DNA from: Microbotryum violaceum
Taxonomy: Eukaryota
DNA: 64,000 nt
Direction of reading: 5' to 3'
Assembly: GCA_001244265.2 (NCBI GenBank)
Contig: CDLV01000006.1
Coordinates: forward strand, 2,480,001 to 2,544,000
Position 1 is the stretch's first letter. The number at the start of each line of letters is the position of its first letter. The notes beneath the pieces were generated by a model. That model ran no database searches. It was not told the origin of the DNA and was given only the letters and a program-made list of their open reading frames with translations. The position numbers and the translations under genes are program-made. Positions 50,374 through 64,000 of the stretch are shown one piece after another.

Positions 50374-53300
50374 TCAACCGTGCGGCTTCGGCCGAAGGTC
50401 GGAGTCACCGTATGGTGGCGAAGGTGTCGTCTCAACTGCCGACCACCTCCTGATCGCCGAAGCGGCCATCAATTGGGCTTCAAGGATCGAGCGTTTCTCT
50501 CGTGCCGGGAACGTATTCGTCGCCTTGTCGCGTGATGAGCCGAGATTGAAGAACAAGCTATTCGAAGAGAGTGAGCGAGCTCCAATTCGATTCGGCGTGG
50601 AAGCGATTTCCAAACCCTCACTCGAGACCGTACTCTTCTCCGTTATTTGTGGTTCTACGATAGTAGGCAAGAGCAATTTTGAAGTCCGCGGGGATGGCGT
50701 GCGGATGAGAGAGGCTTTTCGAACGGTGAGATATTCTCGACTTGCGCAATGGATCTGGGCGAGGGAAGAGGGGTCATCGTCGTTTTCGAAATCGAGGTTG
50801 GGGTCTTCGTCGGTTTGGGGGTCGAAATAGGACGTTCGGGTTGGGTCGGTCGTGGTTGATTCGAGATGGGTGTTGGATAGGGGAACGGGGGAGGGACCGA
50901 GCGGGGAGTTGGAGCTTTGTGGGAGATGTACTTGGAAATTGGTCATCTTCTCGGAAGACGCGGGACCTACGAGGAGGAATGTAACGTCGATCCCTCCTTG
51001 CCCATCCTGATTGACACGACGCCTAGGAGCAGAGAGTGATCCTTCACCTAACTCAAGGCTGAGACGCTCCACCGGGGCTTCGCCTCCATAAGCGATCGTC
51101 GTGGTCTGTGGAGGCGGTGGTACGATAAAGAGATTGTTCGGGTTGCCACAGCGCACTCGCGAACTTCGGCCTGAAGGGGTAGGGGAAATCGTATCGAGCG
51201 GAGGTGCTGAAGTCGGCCTGGAATACACCTCGGAAACGGGGGAACGTGGAAACCTGGACATCGTCAAAGGCGAGTCGACGAAGGACGAAGCTTGTGTTAC
51301 CACACTCGATCGCGCGACCAGATGAAGCCGATCCGAGGGATTCTTCTGTAGCATCGCGTGGGCTCGTTGAGGACTCTCCGGTAAGTCGGAGCGAATACTG
51401 GGTTCCTCCGGTGATACAAGCGAAAAGTTGGTGAGCATCTCTTCGTAGACTCTCGTGAGCTCATCCTCGGCCAGAGTCGCGGAAGACGACGAAGCTTGAC
51501 ATCGGGTGGTTGTGGGCATTGCTTCGATTTCTTCCTGGACCACCGCCAATATCGCTTCGATTTCTTCTTGTACCACCCCCAAAGAACGAGTAGGTTTGAT
51601 CGGCCTCGCAGCTGAAGGTGTTCCATACTCTTCTCTCTGGCTCGATCGAGTCGCAAGCTCAAGCGGGAACGTCGTCCCAGTCGGTGTGGGAGAAGGCGAG
51701 GGGGATAAAGGTGGGAACGCTTCCCTCAAACCCAGTCGGTAAGACCCTTCGTCCAGATCTCGTCGGAGACAAACTTCCTTGACTTCTTGATCGATATGAG
51801 AAAATTCGACTTTGATCATCGAATGCGGTGTTGCTGCAGAGGTCAAGTTGATGCGATCTTCACCTCCATTGGAGTTCCCACCGCCCACGGTGGCACGTAG
51901 GTTCGAAGCAACGCAATTCCTCATATGCCACCCCGGTGTCATTGACGAACTTCGTCTCGGCTGCGTGCTTTCTTGAACTTCATGTAAAGGGGCAGGGGTG
52001 TTCAATTGGCGCAGGGCCGTGGTGGTAGGGAGGTGGGTTGAAGGGCCGGTGACAGGAATTGGACGAAGACTTGCGCGCGAGGGGAGATTGATTGATAGGG
52101 CGGAGCCTTTGATGCTGGGTGGAAGGCTCGGAAGGCGAGGAGGTCCTGAAGGTTGGGCCTCGAGTTGGTGGTTGAAGATGGCGAGCTCGAAGAGGAGGAC
52201 GAGCTGTGAGGAGACGCTACTTAGTTTGGGGATGTACGGATCTATGCACCTAGACGGGAAGGGATATTGCCGAACTCACCATCTCGATCATCTTGAAGAG
52301 CCTCGCCAGAGGAGTTTCGGTGAACAAAATTAAATTCGGATGAAGTGAAATAGCCGGAACGATGAACCCCCCAAGGAGGAGCGCGAAACTGATGCAGCCG
52401 TATCTGGTGAAAAGGGACGAAGTCTTAGCACTACGTTGCACTTAGGCATGAATATTGAGAGGGGCCTTACTCTAAAAGACTGCGCCTTCGTCGTTGCACG
52501 TCCAGCATGAAAATCGAGACGAGAATCTTGGCGAGCAAAGCGAGAGTGATGATAAGCTGTAACGCTTGATTCGCGACGTGGAGCGATCGGAAGCGACTGA
52601 ATCTGCGATGAGTGGGACTCCATCAAATCACCCCGCAATTTTCCAGTCGAGCAGACAAATGACTGCACACTTACCCTCTGATCGAACCAACTCTCCAAAC
52701 AGCTTCCAACACCCCGACCACGGCGATCAAACCCCACAGCCCCATCTTGAGCCCGTCTCCTATCCAACCGAAACTCTCCCAACTCGTGATCGCGACCAAG
52801 TGCGTTTCTTGATCCGTCGAAGTCCAGGGAAGGAAGTTGGATGCTCCAACGACAATTTTGGGCTCGTTGATGGTGGCGAGGGAGAGTCGACGTTGGAGAT
52901 AGGAAAGGAGGAGGAGGAGTGCGAAGGTATGGGCGAGTGCTGCGGGCGATGAACTGCGTGAGTGCGATACATGTCAGGAGGGGAGCTATGAAGTGGTTAC
53001 TGACCAGCTGCGACCCTAAAGCCTCTAGAAGGGTTGAAGAGCTCGGCTGTTGATGTTGGATTTTCGTTGGACCCAACGAACTCGGACAAATTGCCCAACT
53101 CAAACAGCCCAGCAGCGAACGAAAACCCTGATGCCAGATGTAGCAGCACCCAAAACCTACATGCCATTACGAGGAGTACAATACATCAACCAACAATTCT
53201 TGGAGTATGAGATTCTGTACGATATCTCACCTGTTGGTACCACCGATGATGCATTGCGTCGAAGCGTGGAAGGAAGCAACAATGCCGATCGCGAGCAAGG

Positions 53301-53558
53301 GGAAGGTCGCGAGGACGCGTTGAATCAGCGCTGTGTGGGTCAGGACGATGGGGCTGCGGAAAGACGTGAGACCAAAAAGCATTGTGCGTGAATCAGTTTC
53401 GGAACCGTGGAAAGTGTCAGGATCGATGACTCGGACGCGAAGGGACAGGTCGCCCGGTGAGCGCTCGGGAGCGAGGCGCCACATCTGAACCGCTTTCGAT
53501 TACCCCGTACGACGTACCCAGCTGCGATGCTCGAGCTGATGACAACCGTCGACGTCAT
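50374..53558 (-). CDS. Multi-pass membrane protein with long Ser/Pro-rich C-terminal tail
   Basis: Hydrophobic exons (RVLATFPLLAIGIVA, FWVLLHLASGFSFAAGLFEL, ALAHTFALLLLLSYL, SWESFGWIGDGLKMGLWGLIAVVGVLEAVWR, ISFALLLGGFIVPAI) precede the long ORF 50374-52005. Start uncertain. Confidence 0.55.
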
Positions 53559-54062
53559 CGCAGACTCGGAACAAAAAAAAAGAATCAAGAATCAAACGAA
53601 GGAAGACAAATTGAATGGAGGTGCGGTGGATGTGGATGAGCGGTTTGAAGTGCGGATACGGGCAGGGATGACGATCGACGTCTCGTTCGATCGGAAAGGG
53701 GGTCCGTCGGTCGATCGAGAGAGGAGACGATGGGTCCGGTTCGGGAAGTCGCGACTCGAAGGAGAGGTTGCAGACACCGCGAGGACCAACCCCTGAAACT
53801 TTGATGGTTAGGTGCGTGAAAGCTCTGCCAAAATATGGGATGGAAGCACCGGTCAAGAGTCTCACGGATGCCGACTAGGACAGGCTCCGCAGAAGGCGCA
53901 GAACGGTCTCCAACGGATGACGGATCGTCAAGGAGCCTCCCGAGCAGCAGCAGGGTCCGTGCTTCTGAAGGAGCTCCGATCCGGTTCAAGCTCTCGTATA
54001 TCGTAGACTTGCGGTTGACCCAAATTCGTGTGTTGGTACATTACAGTAGCAGTGACCTGGCC

Positions 54063-54751
54063 TTAATATTCTGCAATCTGAATCGCAAAGAAATGCGAAT
54101 AGGTGATAACTGTGGGAAACACGCCAAGCAGCTCAGGAGGATTCAGCAACAAGGGCCAGGAATGCCAGGAGCAGCAGACGCTGGATGCACAGACTAACTT
54201 GTGGCATATCCGACCGCACCACCGGTCGCACTCATCCATCCAGCCATCTCATGGATCACACCCGCATGAGCCAACGCGAAGGGGAACGCGACGCCCGAAA
54301 CGAGGAAGCACGCCGTCAGGAATCGACCGAAATCGACCGGTCCGGAACTGTATTCGGCCGAGAAGGAATCCTCGGATTGAAAGCGGGAGAAGAGGGCGTT
54401 GGGGAGAGGCGCAAAGGCGAAGATGAGGGCTGTGGTGGAGGGAGGAGGGAGCAGTCGAGTCAGTTCAGAGAGGTGGGGCGGGGGCAGCGGGAGGGTGGAG
54501 TGTCTTACCGGTGATGAGGGGCAGCCAGTTGGCCCACAATGCGCACGAGAGGATCACGAGCAGGAACGAGACCGCCAAGACGAACGACAGGAAGATGATG
54601 GCTGTGGTAGGACTCGTTACCAAGTGAGGAGGAAAGGGTGAAGGTGGCAGTGGCAGCGCGTTACGTCAGTGAAGGCTCGGCTAGGCACAGACAGCGATCC
54701 CGGACAAGCGAACGGAGGCCAGTAGTACTCACTCTTGAGCCCTGCAGTCAT
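54063..54751 (-). CDS. VPS55: Vacuolar protein sorting 55 (not in ORF track)
   Basis: Four exons give MTAGLKTIIFLSFVLAVSFLLVILSCALWANWLPLITALIFAFAPLPN..VDFGRFLT..ALAHAGVI..YATIITYSHFF..*. Confidence 0.93.
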
Positions 54752-55112
54752 CTTGGCCTAGTCCGACGTGGGGTGTGCTTTGTGGATGGGGAGTTTCGCG
54801 ACTCGCTGCGGGTGCCAGTGAGTGATCGGCAGCGGACCCATGGGGGTTGCTCGGGGTCTAATGGCTATATCGAACCTGGTTCTAATAAGGAGCATCTCTC
54901 TTTGTAAGCCGCGCCGAGCCGCTCCGCCCGCGCCGAGGTCTGCCGAGGTCCCAGCGCTTCCCAGCGCGTCCCAGCGCGGACCCGAGCGCCGCTGCTGGCC
55001 GTCGTCGCTTTATCGCCTCCGGTCTCGTGCTTGACGCACTTGACGACTCGACGCCGAATCGACGCCCTGCTCCCGATCCCGACTCAGCTTCGCCGGCCGA
55101 CACGCGTACGAG

Positions 55113-58374
<3,262 letters not shown>

Positions 58375-59456
58375 AAGGCTTGCTCATTAGTTTTGTATTT
58401 CTGCGCTTCCGCCGCCTCATCCCTTCCGCTGGGTTCCTATTTCGCCAACGGCTCCTCTCTTTTGTTCCGGGCCTACATCTTGTCCCATTCTTGTTGCGTG
58501 AACATGTCTTATTGTAGTTTGATGTTTTTTGTTTTGTTTTGTTCCTCTAGTTCTATTCATTTACTTCGTAGAAGAGTGCACCAAGTTTATGTAAAACAAT
58601 GTGCATGTAACGTTCGTGGAGGAAGGAAAAGATCGGCTGCGGCTGCAGATTTCGGGAACTGGTTGCGCGATGCTTTCTGCTTTCAAATGCTAATTTTTGC
58701 CGGCTCGTCCTCGTCATTTCGTACGCTTTGGCGAAAGGAAGCCAGCCGCCCCGGGATCTTCGCGCGCTACAGGTGTTTATGCCAGCAGAGCCCGACGGAT
58801 CCAGGGAGTCGTTAGAGGGCAGCTGAACCGGAACTGATGACTCATTGTTGCGTGTTGCAAGCGACTTTGCGGTCGGGGAGAGTGCAGTGGAGGAGATCAA
58901 TTGGAATTCACCGTCGGCCCGGGCCGGACGTTGGTCTGCATGAATTCAGCTGACACAGACCGGTACATGCGCCGAAGGTGAGAGAAAGCTACTGGACTAT
59001 GTTTGACCGTTTGTACTCACTTTTCCTTGTTCGTCACCAAAACAGACGAGTTTCACGGCCTCGATCCGAGTTCCACTGCCAGGTCTCAGGAACTCAGGTG
59101 TGAAACCCAACTGGCACGGTAGCCCCTGAAAATCATTTTAGCGGCATAGCTCGATCGCCCCAAAGGAGCGAGACCGTCCGCTGGTTTATAGCCGGTCAGG
59201 GTTCGGCCTCTTTCCGCTCACTTACCTCATCTTACTCCGAGCTGACGAGCTAAGAGTTCGGCATTGAACCCCATCAACCAGAGCCTCCCCACCCGTCGCA
59301 TCATATCCCTTAACAGAACACTCGAACACTACTGTGAGTATCCCTTCCCAAGCGCCCATCGCTGGTCAGATCGATACGCTGAGCTTTCTCAGACGGATTA
59401 TTCTGGACCTGCAGCGTACTTACATCATCCTGTCGCCCCGAGATCTGTCCTGAGTG

Positions 59457-62400
59457 ATGCGCGTAGGAAACTCGCTGGCAGTCCTTGCCGCCGCCGCGGC
59501 GATCGTGCCCGCTGCGTTCGCGCAAAAGACTCAGGTCTTCGGCAGGTACATCATCGTGTACCCCGAATCGAATAAAGAAGGCAAGGTACGCATAGCTCTC
59601 ACTTGCCTTCTCCTAGAGTGTGCTTTGCTCCATGAGCGAGTTGCGCAAAATTGGCCTCCTATCTTGGTCGGACCGACGCTTATTCCGGTTTCTCTCCTAG
59701 GCTTTACACGCTAGGGACCACCTTAGCAACCTCAGAGCGAAATCGGGGGTGGAGCCACTTGAGGTCGTTCAGGAATACCACATGCCAGGAGTCTTGGTCG
59801 GCCAAAGTGTCAATGCCCCCGGTGTCACCAAGGAGCAGCTCGAGAAGATGCCCGGAGTCAAGGTGAGACCTCCGATCTCTATCCGATCGATCTGTCGCTT
59901 GTAGGTGAGGTGGGCCTGACACAGATTGGCGGAAAATGTACACACAGGCCGTATACCCAGTCTTTGACTACAGTTTTGCCGCTGTCCAGCAACAAAAAGA
60001 AGAACCTCCTTCCCAGTCGTTCCAGCAGCACCACAATCATCGCAAAGTCAAGGAGAGTGGCGCGGCGCCACCCCACCTCGAGCTGCGCGACCAGCAGTTC
60101 TTGGGCCAGAAGAATATGCCCAACACGACCGGCGGCTTCTCTCCCCATCGTATGACGAGCATCGACATTCTACACAAACGTGGGTTCTTTGGTCAAGGTG
60201 TCAAGTCGTGCTTCATCGAAGGTCATACCCAATACACTCACCCTTTACTCGGCAAGCGCGGCTGCTTCGGATCCAAGAACTGCGCAATTCAGTTTGGCGC
60301 CGATCTCGTCGGCACGGACCCCAATCACCCTCAACCGGGCCCCGACCCACATGCAGACTGCGATGTGAGATCGACGCATATCCTCGGTCAGATGGTCGCA
60401 CCGGAGAACCGGTTTGACTTCGTCGGCGCCATCCCTCAAGCCGAGATTGGGTGGTACTCGATCTTCCCCTGCGGCGGAGGAGGCGCGACGGGCGACATCA
60501 TCATCGGGGCTTTCCTCAAAGCTGCCGATGATGGATGCAAGGTGATCTCAAACTCGCTCATCTCTAGCGTCGGTTGGAACGATAACGATCTGGGCCCCAT
60601 CACGCTCAACAAGTTGGCCGAGGAGAAAGGTGTATTTGCCGTCAGCGCTTGGGGTGTCTCTCGCGACGAAGGCTTGTTCTACCCCGCTGGTCCGGCCACG
60701 GGTACGGAAGGAGTCGGTGCAGCCTACGTCGATCTTAATCAATACCCGTTCGCCTACACTCTGACGTTTGAAAATGGCGAAGCGACCCTGCCATACATCT
60801 CCGTCTATCCGATCCCTTACGACGACTCGTTCGAGGTCTACTTCCTCTCCACTTCATCCACCGATACCGCCGCCACGGGATGCGATGATCTACCCCATGA
60901 CACCCCGGACTTGACGAACCGTGCTGTGGTGGTCCAACGAGCAAGTTGTGGCTTCGAAACTCAGATGGCAAACGTGAGGAAGTTTGGCGCGCGTGTCCTG
61001 CTCGTCGTCAATTACCCGGCTTCGGTCGGTTGGCCCGCACCGTACTTTGATGGTATTGCTCCTTCCGTACCTTTCCCCGTGGGAATGATCCATAGTGATG
61101 GAGCAAAGGTGAGTCTTGGTTCGCTGAAGACTGGTGCCAGTTTTTCTCCCAAGTACTTGTGTAACAAGGAGCTTTCTCATCAACGCAGTTGCTCGAGTAC
61201 TACCGCAAGAACTCCAACGGGCTCAAACTCAACTTCAAGGACCGAACGCTCATCCATCCTGTGAACGCCGACACCGGAGGCAAGATCAGTTTCTACTCTT
61301 CGTACGGGCCCGACAACTCGCTCACGACCGGACCGACGTTCGGAGTGCCCGCGAACCAAATCGCCGGTATCAGGCCGAATGGTTCGGTCGGGACTATCGA
61401 TGCGACGAGTTCGCCTATCACCAACGCGATTGCTACTTTGGTGCTTGGGGCGAGGAAAAATGACAACTTGAAGCCGGATGAATTGCGCTCTTTGTTGGCG
61501 ACGACGGCCAAGCCGATCAGTATTCATCCGCGCGCCGATGGCGAACCTCTCGAAACGACGACGTTGGCTGGGAGTGGTGAGCTTGAATTTTTCTTTACTG
61601 TTTACGAACACTGATTAAGCCATTTATTTTTCTGCCGTTTCAGGTCTCGTCAATGCGCTCAGAGCTGTCGAAGCTCAGACGCTTGTGACTCCCTTCTCCT
61701 TCAAGATCAATGATACCGCCCACGTCCAAAAGGAGCAGCAGCTGACGCTCAAAAACATGGGACACGCTTCTATCACCTACACTTTCGATTCGACGGCCGC
61801 ACAGACCAAGATGACATATGACGGTGTAGGTCTTATGAGAAGGTTTTTACGGGCTGCGCCAGCCTTTTCAAAGGTGCTGACAAACCTCCCTTCACTTGCG
61901 CACTGCAGGGAGCCAAACAAGACATTGTCCCTTCCTCGCTCCCCACCGTACTCCAGGAAGCCGAAGCCAAAGTATCGTTCGACAAGACGTCCATAACCAT
62001 CGAGGCCGGACAAACCGCCACGGTCAAAGTCACCATCACGCCTCCCCAACTCACCGCTCGCGAGAAGGACTACTTCCCCGTCTATTCCGGGTTCATCAAC
62101 ATCCACGCGAGCAACAAGCAAGAGTTCCACGTCTCCTACTTCGGTCTTGCGGCTGACATCGTCGACATGCCGATCATTGATGTTTCGACCTCGTTCGCTT
62201 CGGCGTTCAGGAGTGGGTTGCCCCAGGGACTTACGTACCCCTATTTGCTTGATAATTCACCCAACAGCGTCAAGGTGCCGACCCAACTTACGACCTTTGA
62301 TCGATCGATCGGGGTGGGGGTGTTCATCAGGTTCGCGCAAGCCACTCGTCATGTTACCGTTGATGTCATTGCGGGTAACTCGACTTTCAAAGGAACCCTT

Positions 62401-62847
62401 CCGAGCCACGAGGGAAGAAATCACCGTCGATCCCTCAACGCCGCAGACGAGAACCACCTTGTCGCTCGTCGACTCGCTCGTCAATCCCGAGCAGATCCAA
62501 ATCAATTGTACACCGATGTTCAAGTACTCGGTAGGATTTACGAGAAGAAGAACCAGGCTCGTGATGACAAGGGATCGCCAGATGCGTTGGTCGTGTTCAA
62601 AGGTTCGATGCATAAGGATTTGTCGATGGATGGTCAGGCATCCGATTTGCCGGATGGAATGCCTTATCGCGTACTTGTTCGGTGAGGCATAATCTTGTTG
62701 TTCATTTCGAATGGCTTGAGTGAGTGCTGACGCGGATGTCGCAATGGTTTCGCTTCGACCCACAGCGCGCTGAAGACGACGGCCGATCCTTCGCTTGAGG
62801 CGAGTTGGGAATCGTGGGTCAGCCCTCCGGTCCAATTCAAGTCATGA
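59457..62847 (+). CDS. Secreted subtilisin-like (S8, PA and Fn3-like domains) protein, predicted catalytically inactive
   Basis: Signal peptide MRVGNSLAVLAAAAAIVPAAFA; YTHPLLG.GCFG, GADLVG, VVVQRASCGFETQMAN (PA domain), ISFYSSYGP, AGSGLVNA, FPVYSGFI, YRVLVRALK..WESWVSP. Confidence 0.88.
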
Positions 62848-63302
62848 GCAGCAGTGCATCAGCCCCATCAGATGCGGCGTTGTGCATAGTTTATCCTACC
62901 TTACACCCCTAGATCTGTACCCGCTCGACTTGCACCATCAAATGTCGGTGTCAAATACCTGTTTCATAATACCCCCGGAACCGATAATCTGTGCTTGAGT
63001 AGTGCATGAGCTCATGCCCTCATTGCGAGATGCTCGGCAATTGTGGAACGTGCAATGAACAATTTGTGAACCCATGGGCCGGTGCATGCATCTACCACCT
63101 CCAAAGGCGTTATGCTTGAAATTACTGCCGGGGCACTCAGGTCCTTGAGCCCCACAAGGCCCCACAGGCCCCACATGCGATCAAGCGCGACGAGCTCGCT
63201 CCGTTCGCGTAACTCGTCAGCAGCTTGACCTTCAACCGTTCATCCCCTACTGATGCGCCGCTTGCCACTCCCTCCCACGACCAAGGCAAGCGCTCACCCA
63301 AC

Positions 63303-64000
63303 ATGAACTTGGCCGCTCATCTCATCTCGGACGAAAAGCGTTCGCCCATCCTGGGGCTGCAATTGAACTGTACGGGCACGTCGTTCGCCACCGCGACCGA
63401 TCAGGGCTGGGCCGTCTATCGCACCCATCCTCTGCAGAGCACAAGTCAACGAGGCGGGTCAAGGTGCTCTAGCTGAAAGCTTGTAGGGTCACTGATGAGT
63501 ATGCGACCCCGCACCCAGCAGAATTTGCGAATGGCTCACTTCGGTTGGTGCTCCCTCTCGAACTGTCCAACATCTTGTTCCTCGTCGGTGGACCACCTTC
63601 ACCGCTGTACCCTCCCAACAAGGTCATGGTCTGGGACGATCATCTCGGCCAAGCGGTGTGCGAACTCGAGTTCGGTGAAGAGGTCAAGGGTCTTGCAGCG
63701 AGGAGGGACCGGCTCGTAGTCGTGCTCAAGAAGAGGGTCGTCTTGTTCGTGTTGGGTAAGGGGGGGTTGGGCATATGGAGGGAAGGAGTATACGACACTA
63801 CCAACAACCCCAAAGGTGAGTGTCTCACCAGCGTACATCTAGGATCGCCATGACTGATCGCGTTGACAGCTCGCTGGCTTTGGGAATTGAAATTTTCCAG
63901 GCCTCGTCGCGCTGGGGACCGAGACCGGATCGACCTTGTTGGCCTTCCCAGGTCGTCAACCAGGCCAAGTACAAATCGTCAATCTACCCCCACTGACAGC
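63303..64000 (+). CDS. HSV2: PROPPIN WD40 protein Hsv2/WIPI3-4-like (3'-truncated)
   Basis: GWAVYRTHPL, SNILFLVGG..PLYPPNKVMVWDD, ELEF..EVK, TTNNPKG, LAFPGRQPGQVQIV. Confidence 0.85.

Overview
Gene-dense, GC-rich, intron-rich eukaryotic DNA from a basidiomycete fungus. A Microbotryomycetes-like lineage is my impression from gene and intron style, not established. I assembled about 24 spliced protein-coding genes by hand from GT-AG introns. Housekeeping genes: RPC5, SWC4, MKT1, POP3, a TDP2-like EEP enzyme, an MFS transporter, a SWAP-like splicing factor, APC4, SUI1/eIF1, an IME2/CRK1 kinase, LOA1/VPS66, NUP192, CGR1, VPS55, SNF1 and HSV2. Most notable observations: (1) two tandem, pol-less, LTR-less Ty1/copia Gag-derived genes, one with a spliceosomal intron, separated by a hairpin-plus-minisatellite element, a candidate domesticated capsid system; (2) a five-exon gene for a 42-aa microprotein with its start codon split by an intron, absent from the ORF track; (3) an intact MESH1/SpoT-type HD hydrolase; (4) a full-length secreted subtilase with degenerate catalytic Asp, His, oxyanion Asn and Ser motifs; (5) a probable CUG start for the SWAP-like gene. 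All family calls come from motif recognition by eye; no searches were run.
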